A stretch of 64,000 nucleotides of DNA from Desulfomonilia bacterium (GTDB lineage: Bacteria; Desulfobacterota; Desulfomonilia; UBA1062), in assembly GCA_050014195.1 (NCBI GenBank), contig JBEKDT010000017.1, positions 34,038 to 98,037 of the forward strand. The letters run 5' to 3'. The translations under genes and the position numbers were made by a program. The notes below the pieces were generated by a model. It had not been told where the DNA came from. It ran no database searches and saw only the letters and a list, made by a program, of their open reading frames with translations. Below, piece by piece: positions 39,610 to 49,657 of the stretch. Each line of letters opens with the position of its first letter. Positions within the stretch are counted from its first letter, which is position 1.

Positions 39610-40389
39610 ATGAGATACCCCCAGATTGATCCTGTGCTTATCCATATGGGCCCTTTGCAGCTGAGATGGTATGGTCTTATGTATATTATCGGCTTCATAG
39701 TAGCGTACTTTGTCATAATGGATCTCTGCCGCCGCAGAAAGCTCCCCATGACAAAGACCGAGGTGGAAGATCTCATCACCTATTGCATACTTGGACTCGT
39801 TATAGGGGCCCGTGTGGGTTACTGCCTTATCTACAATCCAGGATATTATCTTTCCCACCCTTTAAAGTTTCTTGCCGTATGGGAAGGTGGGATGTCGTTT
39901 CATGGAGGCCTGGCAGGTCTGGTCCTCACCGGATGGATCTTCTCGATATCACGCAAGAAGCCCTTCCTTATGCTGGCCGATATCGGTGCAATAGGCGCAA
40001 CTCCCGGCCTCTTTTTCGGCCGCATCGGCAACTTCATCAATGCCGAGCTCTATGGAAGGGTGACAAACGCCCCCTGGGGTATGATATTTCCTAATGGAGG
40101 GCCTTTCCCGAGGCATCCTTCCCAGATCTATGAGGCCCTTTCTGAAGGTCTTCTCCTTTTCATCATCCTCTATCTCGTCAGCAGGAAGGTAAGTATTCAT
40201 GGCATATTATTCGGCGTTTTTCTTACCTGCTACGGAACCATTCGATTTTCCTTGGAGTTCTTCAGGGAGCCTGACCCACAGCTCGGTTTTGTCATCGGGC
40301 CTTTTACCATGGGACAGCTTCTTTGCATGATCATGGTAGTCATTGGGTTAATCCTCATAACCTGGCGCCTAAAGTCGCGGGAAGTATAG
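39610..40389 (+). CDS. lgt: Prolipoprotein diacylglyceryl transferase
   Basis: It has 'PVLIHMGPLQLRWYGLMYIIGF' and 'MSFHGGLAG', which are Lgt signature regions. Confidence 0.9.
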   Translation: MRYPQIDPVLIHMGPLQLRWYGLMYIIGFIVAYFVIMDLCRRRKLPMTKTEVEDLITYCILGLVIGARVGYCLIYNPGYYLSHPLKFLAVWEGGMSFHGGLAGLVLTGWIFSISRKKPFLMLADIGAIGATPGLFFGRIGNFINAELYGRVTNAPWGMIFPNGGPFPRHPSQIYEALSEGLLLFIILYLVSRKVSIHGILFGVFLTCYGTIRFSLEFFREPDPQLGFVIGPFTMGQLLCMIMVVIGLILITWRLKSREV

Positions 40390-40405
40390 TGCGATAAGCA
40401 CATTA

Positions 40406-42304
40406 ATGAGGCATCCGGATACAAGTGTTTCAAGCGGTCTGAGGGCCTTTACAAGCTACAACCGCTACAAGAAGGACATTATGTACAAGTGTGACCCTGC
40501 GGGTGCGCGGGTCATCCTTGAACTTTTACCCTTGCTGATACATATCAATCACCCCAATCTGCCCGGTTATGTGGAGCATGGGGACTGCCCATGCGGCATC
40601 AAATACATGGAGTGGCCTTCACAGACATTCAGAGACATCGGGTCGCTTCTCACCTCCAGGGTCAATCTAGGGAGAATACAGGATTATATCCCCCGGCAGC
40701 ACGAGATCGAAGGGCTGTTCACCATTGGATCTGTGGGCAGCCTTGCCCAGACGAGAGAATCGGACTATGACATCTGGGTGGTGGTGGATGCCCAGCGCAT
40801 CGAGCCTGATAGGATCAGGTCCCTCGAAAAGAAGCTGAAGATTCTCCAGCGGTGGATTACCGGTAAATACCTTCTTGATATTCACTTTTTCCTCATGGAC
40901 CTTAAGGATATCAAAGCCAACAAATTCGGCTCTGTATCCCAGGAGGGTTCCGGCTCGGCCCTGAAGAGCATCCTTAAGGAAGAGTTCTACCGCACCTTGA
41001 CCCTCATCGAAGGGAGGGTGCCGCTTTGGTGGGTCGTATCTCCTGAGACGGAGAAAGATACCTATGAAAAGATGCGAACAATAGTGCATTCGCAATCCAG
41101 CTCAAATGATGAAGATATCATCGATCTCGGCAATCTTGAATCCATACCTGAACAAGAGCTCCTGGGTGCAGCATTGTGGCAGATGCACAAGGCACTCGAC
41201 GATCCTCTGAAATCGGTCCTCAAGATGGCCCTTGTCGCCAGTTATCTGGACACCTCGTCAAAGGACATGCTCTTATGCAATGTCCTTAAGAAAAAGGTTT
41301 TCCATGCCGTAGGGCAAGACATCGTTGATCCCTATTACCAAATCCTTCGCCGCGTGGAGGATTATTACCGTTTACGGGGTGATGACCGTACGGTTGATCT
41401 GCTCAGGAAGTGTTTTTACCTGAAGGTGAACCCCAATATTCGCAGCACCGATCTTATCAAGCTGGAGCGTGATGGTAAATCGTCGATGATGGTGGACATT
41501 GTTAAGTCATGGGGGTGGTCTTACCACGCCATCAAGGAACTGAATGAATTCTCTGAATGGGGAGTGGAAAAGTATCGGGAGTTCGGAGATGATATCCATG
41601 CATACCTCAAACTGGCCACCGTACAACTCATACGCAGGGCCAAGTCATACATGGTTCATTCAGCCCTTGACGAGGATGTTGAAGTAGAGGTCCTCAGGCG
41701 GAGAGTTGAGGCCTTTTATGTATCAAAAGACGGGAAGATCGAGTCTGAAAAGCGGGTGAAGAAAAAGGAGCCCGCATATCGAGATCTTTTCTTTGTTTAT
41801 AAAAAGGGTATCTGGAGCATTTTCGAGTGGTCTCCGGAAATGAGCGATGTTGCCCCCATCATGGAATCCGACAGGGTGACCAAAATCCTTGCATGGCTTG
41901 TCTACAACAAACGCTTCGATGCATCCACCGCCTTCCACATGATCCCCAATGCATCCAAGGTGGTGCTGTTCGACATTCAATCTCTGTTATGGAGGCTCAA
42001 CGCGCTGATCCCGGATGCCGGCTCCATCGGCCTTGACCGTTCATCTCTTATGGAAGACAAATACGCCAGGCACGTGGTTATTGTTGCAAACATTGAATGC
42101 CCTGACAGTCTGCATTCTATACGTGAGCTGGATGTGCTCTTTATGAATACATGGAACGAGCTCTTCTGCCTTTCCATTAAGCCCGAGCAAATAGGGGCAT
42201 GGATGGCCAAGATGAAGAGGCCTTCTACCCAGGTTAATATCTGGCTGCCCAAGGAGGGTAATCCCAAGTATCTCACCCAAACAGTCGTATCCCTCATCAG
42301 CTAA
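40406..42304 (+). CDS. cyaA: Class I (enterobacterial CyaA-type) adenylate cyclase catalytic-domain homologue
   Basis: Several blocks align with E. coli CyaA. 'LLPLLIHINHPNLPGYVEHGDCPCGI' matches '[25 protein letters not shown]'. 'GSVGSLAQTRESDYDIWV' matches 'GSTSSVGQSCSSDLDIWV'. 'RKCFYLKVNP' matches 'RRCFYLKVCE'. It is 632 aa and lacks the long E. coli C-terminal regulatory domain. Confidence 0.65.
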   Translation: MRHPDTSVSSGLRAFTSYNRYKKDIMYKCDPAGARVILELLPLLIHINHPNLPGYVEHGDCPCGIKYMEWPSQTFRDIGSLLTSRVNLGRIQDYIPRQHEIEGLFTIGSVGSLAQTRESDYDIWVVVDAQRIEPDRIRSLEKKLKILQRWITGKYLLDIHFFLMDLKDIKANKFGSVSQEGSGSALKSILKEEFYRTLTLIEGRVPLWWVVSPETEKDTYEKMRTIVHSQSSSNDEDIIDLGNLESIPEQELLGAALWQMHKALDDPLKSVLKMALVASYLDTSSKDMLLCNVLKKKVFHAVGQDIVDPYYQILRRVEDYYRLRGDDRTVDLLRKCFYLKVNPNIRSTDLIKLERDGKSSMMVDIVKSWGWSYHAIKELNEFSEWGVEKYREFGDDIHAYLKLATVQLIRRAKSYMVHSALDEDVEVEVLRRRVEAFYVSKDGKIESEKRVKKKEPAYRDLFFVYKKGIWSIFEWSPEMSDVAPIMESDRVTKILAWLVYNKRFDASTAFHMIPNASKVVLFDIQSLLWRLNALIPDAGSIGLDRSSLMEDKYARHVVIVANIECPDSLHSIRELDVLFMNTWNELFCLSIKPEQIGAWMAKMKRPSTQVNIWLPKEGNPKYLTQTVVSLIS

Positions 42305-42405
42305 CTCTTTGCACGTCTTGTCTGTTGTTTAAAGTGCTCAACAAGAATCCGTCCCAGGCATATGAAGGATATCCCTTGCCCCTGGCAAGTCCCGGTATAA
42401 CACCC

Positions 42406-43833
42406 TTAATGATCTGCTGGTTTACTATCTTGATGTTTAAGGTGCTTTACTGAATCATAGTCTAAAGTTGCTTCAGGTTTCTTCACGGTATCCTGAATGT
42501 TTTTCAGGCTGAAGCAGAACATTGAGCCGGTACCCGTTTCACTCTCTACCCATATCCGGCCCCCGTGCTCCTCGACGATCCTTCGTGCGATATACAGCCC
42601 GAGACCCGTGCTTGTCTCTCCCGAAGATGGCTGAATGCTGGTGGTCTGGAAGGGCCTGAAAAGGTTATACTGCTCATCAATGGGAATCCCCGGCCCCTGG
42701 TCTTGAACGGCAACCACGATCTCATCGGCTCTGTTATCAACCGAAACGGTTATTGTCGAGAATCTCGGAGAGAACTTGATTGCATTCGAGATGAGGTTGT
42801 TGAGCACCTGATCGATCTTTGCAGGGTCGATCCTTGCCATAAGCGGTCCTGCAGGGGCAATAAGGTTGACCTGGATACCTTTGGCCTCTGCCAGGTGCTG
42901 ATTAAATTGCACATCGTCGTTTACAACCTCCAATAGGTCGATTTCCTGGATACTTAAGGGAAAACGCGTAGTCTCAATCCGTGAAATATCCAGAAGCTCA
43001 TCCAGCAGGTTCTGCATGGTAATACCCGATCTGTGTATGAGTTCAAGGTATGTGCGCTCTTTTTTTGTCTGAGCCGTTACCTTTTCCAGGAGCATGTTGC
43101 TGCACCCAAGCAGAACGTTCAGGGAATTTTTCAGGTCATGGGCTGCGATGCCCAGGAACAGGTGCATCTGCTTATTGAGCCTTTGGGTCTGTTCGTTTGC
43201 CTTTTCGAGTTCAAGGGTTGCCCAGATCTCGTGGAGGTCTGAAATGACAAGGCGCGAGAACTTCTGGAGCAGGTTAATGAGCTGTTCGGAGTAATGGTTC
43301 TCTTCTGTGTCCATTACGCAGATAGTGCCGAAGATCTCACCCCCAGGCCAAGTAAGCGGCATACCCAGGTATGAGATCATACCCTGTTTGATCCAAGGAT
43401 TTTGGCACCACCTCGGATCATTGAGGGCATCAGCGATGAGCAGTGGATTTATGTTGCTCATGACATGTTCACAATACAGGCCCGTTTCATAGGACTCTTG
43501 ATTGCCGGGTTCATAAGGGTGCGCGGCATTCCGGTTCCGAACGAATACCTCGATATGGCGTTCATGTGCCCTCATGATAAGTGCTGTCGGGACATGGAAG
43601 ATATCGGATATCAGGTCAACGATCTCCTGCCATGCCCCGAGGACGGCCTTGGGCACCTCAATATAATCAAGAACAGGATATTTTGATTTCTCGCTGTTTT
43701 TGGAATCCATATGATTCCCAATGCAGATCGGATACATGCACTTCATTACATTCCACTCATATATTATAAGGGGAATATCGTTTTTGGGAACAGGGTAATT
43801 GATTATGTCATATAAAAAAATCGTATCGTGCAT
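42406..43833 (-). CDS. Cytoplasmic GAF-domain sensor histidine kinase
   Basis: It has an H-box 'IAAHDLKNSLNVL' and N/G-boxes 'QDQGPGIP' and 'TGLGLYIARRIVEEHGGRIWVES'. The N-terminal region, about 200 aa, is GAF-like. There is no TM helix and no adjacent response regulator. Confidence 0.75.
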   Translation of the reverse strand: MHDTIFLYDIINYPVPKNDIPLIIYEWNVMKCMYPICIGNHMDSKNSEKSKYPVLDYIEVPKAVLGAWQEIVDLISDIFHVPTALIMRAHERHIEVFVRNRNAAHPYEPGNQESYETGLYCEHVMSNINPLLIADALNDPRWCQNPWIKQGMISYLGMPLTWPGGEIFGTICVMDTEENHYSEQLINLLQKFSRLVISDLHEIWATLELEKANEQTQRLNKQMHLFLGIAAHDLKNSLNVLLGCSNMLLEKVTAQTKKERTYLELIHRSGITMQNLLDELLDISRIETTRFPLSIQEIDLLEVVNDDVQFNQHLAEAKGIQVNLIAPAGPLMARIDPAKIDQVLNNLISNAIKFSPRFSTITVSVDNRADEIVVAVQDQGPGIPIDEQYNLFRPFQTTSIQPSSGETSTGLGLYIARRIVEEHGGRIWVESETGTGSMFCFSLKNIQDTVKKPEATLDYDSVKHLKHQDSKPADH

Positions 43834-44001
43834 ATGAGGCTTTCTTCCAGGGCGCGAGGGTGTCCTGAAGCCTCAAGCCTCATTAAGAAGCTTATGATCA
43901 TCAGACAACATTATCACTTGACACCCGCTGTGCAACCTATTAACCCCTTGATTCATCCATTTAGAGATCCATACTGCATATGAACAAATGGGGAGGGGTG
44001 C

Positions 44002-45099
44002 ATGGCACAGGAGGAAAACAGCAGCGGAAATAATTCCAACAGATCGATGATCTTCGTTGTATTTGCACTCATTGCTGTTATGATCGCCACCGGTGTCTAT
44101 TTCTATATCAGACATACCAAATACTATATTTCAACGGATGATGCCTATGTGACCGGCAGGATCCATTCAATAGCCCCGAAGATTGCTGGAACGGTAAAGG
44201 CGGTCTATGCGGAAGACAACCAGTTGGTGAAGAATGGAGCCCTCCTTCTGGAGATTGACAGTAAGGATTACGATGTCAGGGTAAGCGATGCCAAGGCTGC
44301 CATGGAGTCCGAGCAATCGAAGCTCCTTGAGCTCTCTGTTCGGGTGGATGTTGCCGAAAAGCAGCTCACGGAGATCCAATCGAGGATCGATGCAGCCCGG
44401 GCAACGTATGCCTTACAAGAGGCAAACCTAAAGCAGGCAAGGCAGGATCTTAACCGTGCTCAGAAGCTCTATAACAAAGGGGTCTTGGCCGAGGCAACAC
44501 TCGAGAAGGCAACAACCGCTTATGATATAGCGAAGGCCCAGGTGGATGCGGCCGGCGAGCAGATCAAGCAGGCTTTAGCCTCACTGGAAACGCAGAAGCT
44601 TGTAGTCTTACAGTCTAATACGGCCCTCAAATCCCAGGGATATGTCGTAGAACAGAAAAAACAGCTACTCGCAACCGAGAGCTTGCGGCAGAGCTATACA
44701 AAGATATATGCCCCTTCAGACGGGTACATCACCAAGAAGAACATAGAGGTCGGCAACCAGATACAGGTGGGCCAGCCTGTCATGGCGGTTGTTCCGTTGA
44801 CTGATGTATGGGTTGTGGCCAATTATAAGGAGACACAGCTTACAAACGTGAAGCCCGGCCAGAAGGTAGATATTAAGGTAGACACCTATCCCGGCAAGAC
44901 CTTCTCAGGGACCGTGGACAGCATCATGGCTGGCACGGGCTCGGTCTTCTCGCTTTTCCCTCCGGAAAACGCCACAGGAAACTATGTGAAGGTGGTGCAG
45001 CGTGTCCCGGTGAAGATCATCCTGGAAAAAGGGACGGATCCTGATCATCTCCTGCGTGTGGGCATGTCGGTGGAGCCCACGATCAAAGTAAGAAAGTAG
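44002..45099 (+). CDS. emrA: HlyD/EmrA-family membrane fusion protein (multidrug efflux)
   Basis: It has a single N-terminal TM helix, coiled coils, and 'YVTGRIHSIAPKIAGTV…VRVSDAKA'. Confidence 0.8.
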   Translation: MAQEENSSGNNSNRSMIFVVFALIAVMIATGVYFYIRHTKYYISTDDAYVTGRIHSIAPKIAGTVKAVYAEDNQLVKNGALLLEIDSKDYDVRVSDAKAAMESEQSKLLELSVRVDVAEKQLTEIQSRIDAARATYALQEANLKQARQDLNRAQKLYNKGVLAEATLEKATTAYDIAKAQVDAAGEQIKQALASLETQKLVVLQSNTALKSQGYVVEQKKQLLATESLRQSYTKIYAPSDGYITKKNIEVGNQIQVGQPVMAVVPLTDVWVVANYKETQLTNVKPGQKVDIKVDTYPGKTFSGTVDSIMAGTGSVFSLFPPENATGNYVKVVQRVPVKIILEKGTDPDHLLRVGMSVEPTIKVRK

Positions 45100-45116
45100 C
45101 AGCAGGAGCTTAACGC

Positions 45117-46679
45117 ATGATAACCGCGCCATCGCCGCCCCAGGCGAATAAATGGCTCGTTGCCCCGACCGTGATGCTTCCCATGCTCATGGTCGTCCTC
45201 GACACCTCGGTGGTGAATGTATCGCTGGATCATATCCGGGGAAGTCTCTCTGCAGGCATCGATGAGGCGACCTGGTCCATCACCGCGTATCTTGCAGCCA
45301 ATGCGGTTATAATCCCCATGTCAGGGTGGATAAGCAGGCTCATCGGGCGGAAACGGTACCTCCTTTTATCGATTGTGCTGTTTACGCTGAGCTCTTTTCT
45401 CTGCGGGATCTCATGGAACATTCAGAGCCTCATTATCTTCAGGGTCATACAGGGCCTTACCGGCGGGGCAATGCCGCCGCTGTCCCAGGCTATTTTGTTG
45501 GAGTCATTCCCCCCTCAGCAATACGGCATGGCCATGGCCATCTTCGGGATCGGCGTCACGTTCGGGCCCATCATCGGTCCGGTTCTCGGAGGATGGATCA
45601 CCGACAACCTCACCTGGCACTGGGTATTCTTCATCAATATCCCCATCGGTATTGTCTCCGTTATCATGGCGATCTTGTTCATTGTAGACCCTCCCTACAT
45701 GAAGGGCATACGCATGAAGATCGACTATATCGGTCTCATCCTGCTTGCCCTCGGCGTGGGGTGCCTCCAACTCCTCCTCGACAGGGGCGAGAGGAACGAC
45801 TGGTTTAATTCCAACCTCATGCTTGCCCTTGCAATCATCTCGGTGTTCTCCATTGCCTTGTTCATCATTGTGGAGCGCCGCACCGAAAGGCCCATTGTTG
45901 ATCTGAAGGTATTTAGGAACTATTCCTTCTGCCTCGGGAATCTGGCCATATTCTTCTTTATGGTGAACCTCTTTGGAACGCTTGTCCTACTGCCTATCTA
46001 CCTACAAACCCTCATGGGTTATACATCGAGTCTGTCCGGCATCGTGCTTGCACCCGGGGGCGTTGCAAACCTGGTGGCCATGCCCCTCGTGGGGAGGTTT
46101 CTGCATCGATTCAACCCGAAGATTTTTGTCATACCCGGAGTTCTCCTCACAGCATATTCCACGCTCCTCATGGCCAGCTTTACCCTGGGTGTAGACTTTA
46201 TGACGGTTCTGTGGCCCAGGGTTGTCATGGGCCTGGGCATGGGTATGCTCTTCATCCCGCTCACCACCCTGACGGTCTCCGGCATCAGCAAGGAAAACAT
46301 GGGCAATGCCACTGCCATCTATAATCTCATCAGGAATATCGGGGGCAGCATAGGCATCGCCATCGTCACCACCATGGTAAACCGCAGGGCCCAGTTCCAC
46401 CAGATGCGACTGGTGGAGCATATGACCCCGTATGATTCGATGTACTACCAACGTGCCCAGCAGGGGGCCAATCTTCTGCAACAAAGCGGTTTGGACCCGT
46501 CTACGGCAAGGCAGGGCGGGCTCGGCATCATATATGAGAATATGATCAGACAGGCATCAATGCTCTCATTTGATGATGTCTTTTATGCCCTCGCGGTGAT
46601 GACCCTTATCCTTATCCCCCTGGTGCTCTTCATGAAACAGAGCAAAGAAGGGCAGGGACCGGCCGCACTCGGCGAGTGA
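45117..46679 (+). CDS. emrB: DHA2-family MFS drug efflux transporter (EmrB-like, 14 TM)
   Basis: It has 'MLMVVLDTSVVNVSLDHIRGSL' and 'GWITDNLTWHWVFFINIPIG'. Confidence 0.85.
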   Translation: MITAPSPPQANKWLVAPTVMLPMLMVVLDTSVVNVSLDHIRGSLSAGIDEATWSITAYLAANAVIIPMSGWISRLIGRKRYLLLSIVLFTLSSFLCGISWNIQSLIIFRVIQGLTGGAMPPLSQAILLESFPPQQYGMAMAIFGIGVTFGPIIGPVLGGWITDNLTWHWVFFINIPIGIVSVIMAILFIVDPPYMKGIRMKIDYIGLILLALGVGCLQLLLDRGERNDWFNSNLMLALAIISVFSIALFIIVERRTERPIVDLKVFRNYSFCLGNLAIFFFMVNLFGTLVLLPIYLQTLMGYTSSLSGIVLAPGGVANLVAMPLVGRFLHRFNPKIFVIPGVLLTAYSTLLMASFTLGVDFMTVLWPRVVMGLGMGMLFIPLTTLTVSGISKENMGNATAIYNLIRNIGGSIGIAIVTTMVNRRAQFHQMRLVEHMTPYDSMYYQRAQQGANLLQQSGLDPSTARQGGLGIIYENMIRQASMLSFDDVFYALAVMTLILIPLVLFMKQSKEGQGPAALGE

Positions 46680-46704
46680 TTAAGAGTCGTTGCAAGTCAC
46701 CGCA

Positions 46705-46750
46705 GGGGTCTTACGAGTTTCAAGATTTATTGAAAAGACCCCCTTTTTTT
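46705..46750 (+). terminator. Candidate rho-independent terminator after emrB
   Basis: GGGGTCTT…(22-nt loop)…AAGACCCC is followed by TTTTTTT. Confidence 0.45.
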
Positions 46751-46823
46751 CTCGAAGCAGGGCATTACTAAATGATTATTCGCACGAATAAACAAAGCGG
46801 TTTATAGCTTTATCGAGGATTGA

Positions 46824-48101
46824 ATGATGAGACCAATAAAACACAAGAAGGCTGAAATCAAGAAAAGACGGCTTCACAATGCACTTTGGGCCATGTTCAT
46901 CGGAGACGCTTTGGCCATGCCGGCTCATTGGTACTACAGCCTTGAGAACATTCAAAAAGTCTTTGACAATGGTGTACAGGGATACAGAGACCCCCCGAAT
47001 CCTCACCTTGAAAGCTTTATGGTGGGCATGGACTATACCCCTGATATTGAAACAGCCAAACGCCTTGGGCGTGCGTACGATATCCTCCACGAACATGCCC
47101 GATTTTATAAGACCAACTACAGCTCGCTTCAAATCCGGCTTTCTGATCAGGCAAAGGTAACCGGGAATACCGTTCCAGAGCTGGATGACCGCTATCATTA
47201 CCACTACGGCCTGAAGGCCGGAGAGAACACCCTCGGTGCACAACTCGTGCGTGTGCTCATGCGTTCGGTGATCAGGAGAGGCCGCTACGACCATAATGCG
47301 TTCTTAGACGACTTCATCACGCACCTCACCACACCCGGCAGGAACCGTGACCCGTATACCGAGATCTATATCCGCCGGTGGTTCGAAAATTATTCACGCG
47401 GCGTGCCGCCCCATGCCTGCGCCGAGCTGCAGCGCAATGTGTGGTCCATAAGTGCCCATGGCGGCATCATCAGGCCCCTGGTGCTCTCCACGCTCGTTGA
47501 CAGCCCCTACCAGGGCCTTGGCCTTGCCGTCGAGCATCAGAACATGACGCATCGCGCAGAAAATTCGATCAGTGCGCTGGGCGTCCTGGTCCCGCTCTTC
47601 AACGCATTATTATCAGGGGCCGAGCCGCGCAAAACAATATCCACATATGCCCGGACAATACGCATACCGCGTATAACAGGCAAGGAACTGTTTGGAGTTT
47701 ACCGTGACCATAATGGCCCGGGTAACATTCCAAAGGACGAGATGTGGAGACTCCATACGGAACTCATCGATAAACCGTTTGCGATTGATCGTTTTGTCAG
47801 GAAGTATACCGACAAGGATGTTATTGCTCATCTGCTTGCCACCGCATGTTATCCTGAGCACGGCCTGCCGTTGCTCCTTTACCTCGCCTGGAGCCGTAAC
47901 CTTGAAGTGGAACCCTCGCTGCTGGCCAATGTAAATGCCGGCGGTGACAATGTGCATCGCGGCATGCTCCTGGGCCTCATGCTCGGGGCTGCCAACGACA
48001 AGATACCGGGGCATCTTATCGAGGGCTTAATTGCACACGAGGACATTAAACACGAGATCGATGCCTTCATCGACATAGCCTTGAGCGGGAAGGGGATCTG
48101 A
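46824..48101 (+). CDS. ADP-ribosylglycohydrolase family protein
   Basis: It has the N-terminal 'ALWAMFIGDALAMPAHWYY' and the C-terminal 'NAGGDNVHRGMLLGLMLGAAND', which are metal-site motifs of DraG/ARH-like hydrolases. Confidence 0.7.
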   Translation: MMRPIKHKKAEIKKRRLHNALWAMFIGDALAMPAHWYYSLENIQKVFDNGVQGYRDPPNPHLESFMVGMDYTPDIETAKRLGRAYDILHEHARFYKTNYSSLQIRLSDQAKVTGNTVPELDDRYHYHYGLKAGENTLGAQLVRVLMRSVIRRGRYDHNAFLDDFITHLTTPGRNRDPYTEIYIRRWFENYSRGVPPHACAELQRNVWSISAHGGIIRPLVLSTLVDSPYQGLGLAVEHQNMTHRAENSISALGVLVPLFNALLSGAEPRKTISTYARTIRIPRITGKELFGVYRDHNGPGNIPKDEMWRLHTELIDKPFAIDRFVRKYTDKDVIAHLLATACYPEHGLPLLLYLAWSRNLEVEPSLLANVNAGGDNVHRGMLLGLMLGAANDKIPGHLIEGLIAHEDIKHEIDAFIDIALSGKGI

Positions 48102-48241
48102 TACCGAATCGCAAAGAGCTGAGTATCTTCTTTGTGAGTGCCACGGCCTAAAGATACACCTCGCGATTAAAAACTCTAAAGGATTTTTATATATGTCATG
48201 CAAATCCGCGACAGAGCTGATATTATAAAAACACAGCGCGT

Positions 48242-49261
48242 ATGAGAAGAACAATTCCTTCTTTCATCTATGTCTTTCTCCTTATCACCGGGCTCACACT
48301 CCCTTGCCTCGCCCAGGAGAAGACCTATAAGGTGGAAGTCCTCCAGATCACTGCAATAGAAGAGCTCCAGCAGGTATATGACGGTTTTCTCAAGGAGTTG
48401 GAGAAGAGCGGCCTCATCCAGGGGAAGAACCTTGAGGTCAGGCGGACTATCATCGACTTCGACCTGGAGAACCCAACACTTACGAAAAGGATCAATGTCT
48501 ATTTCAGGATTAAGAGTGAGGCCTCGCGAATCATAAAGGAGAAGCCTGACCTGGTCCTCACCATGGGGACCCCTGCCACAAGGTATTCCAAGGATAAGAT
48601 CATTGCAGCGGGTATACCGCTGGAGTTCACGGCGCTTGCCTTTCCCACTGCTGTAGGCTGCAAGTCTTTGACAGAGGCCGGCCCGGGTTTTACCGGTGCA
48701 ACCACGCACATGGACATGAAAGACGCGCTCAAGGTTGTGAGGCTGGCATTCCCCGCTATCAAGACATTGGGCATCGTGAACAGCGACGATTTGAACAGCA
48801 TCTCCCATGCGGAGGAGGCGAAAAAGGAAGGGCCCCCACAGGGCTTCACCGTAATATCGAAAAAGGTTGGTATGAAAGATAACATAGTACCCGCACTTAT
48901 TGAGCTTCAGAAACAGGGTGCGCAGGCCTTTGTAGTACCTCCCGACCCCTACTACGAGATACGTAACCATGAGAAGGCCGGTGAGCTCATCGAGTTCTCA
49001 AAGACCAATAAGATCCCGGCCTTCAGCTTTGTCATTGACAGGGTCCCCGGCGCAATCCTGTATGTAGGGGTGGACTTCGGGGTCATCGGCGCTCTCTCCG
49101 GCCAACAGGCGGTCAAGATCCTTAAGGATGGCGTGAAACCGGGCAGTCTACCCATTGTAAGGCAGCAAAACCTCACGGTCTTGGTGGACATGAATCTCGT
49201 GCAGGCCATGGGCATTCAGCTGCCACCGGAAGTCCTTCACATTGCCAAGCCTCTCGATTAA
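48242..49261 (+). CDS. ABC transporter substrate-binding protein (ABC_sub_bind/DUF534-like), secreted
   Basis: It has a signal peptide 'MRRTIPSFIYVFLLITGLTLPCLA'. Its size and composition are those of periplasmic binding protein type I-like proteins. Confidence 0.55.
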   Translation: MRRTIPSFIYVFLLITGLTLPCLAQEKTYKVEVLQITAIEELQQVYDGFLKELEKSGLIQGKNLEVRRTIIDFDLENPTLTKRINVYFRIKSEASRIIKEKPDLVLTMGTPATRYSKDKIIAAGIPLEFTALAFPTAVGCKSLTEAGPGFTGATTHMDMKDALKVVRLAFPAIKTLGIVNSDDLNSISHAEEAKKEGPPQGFTVISKKVGMKDNIVPALIELQKQGAQAFVVPPDPYYEIRNHEKAGELIEFSKTNKIPAFSFVIDRVPGAILYVGVDFGVIGALSGQQAVKILKDGVKPGSLPIVRQQNLTVLVDMNLVQAMGIQLPPEVLHIAKPLD

Positions 49262-49657
49262 CATGCCATCCATTGCGGGCTTTCTGTTATGCGCCGATCA
49301 TCCTGGGAGGTTCGGCATTCTCTTTATTCCCTGGAGAGATCACTGCATACCTGGGAGCGGATGGAGGGGTGAGGGGTGATGGAGAAGGGGCCCTTGATGT
49401 ATTCCGTAATCCTGATCATGGAAAGATGCCCTCATCACATTGCTCTGTACTCGAAGAAGTCGCATTTCCCAAAAACATCAGTGAACTGTTCCCATGTTTT
49501 CGCAGATATCGGGCCGTAGGAATCCAGGCTACACGCTGAGTCCCAATCATTGCATCTACTGCACGTATCCATGTCTTGAGGGAGGGACGGTAAGGACACG
49601 ATGCCCGGAGGTCGTTGCCGGAGAGATCGCCATGCTGCACAAGGATTTCAAATGATA

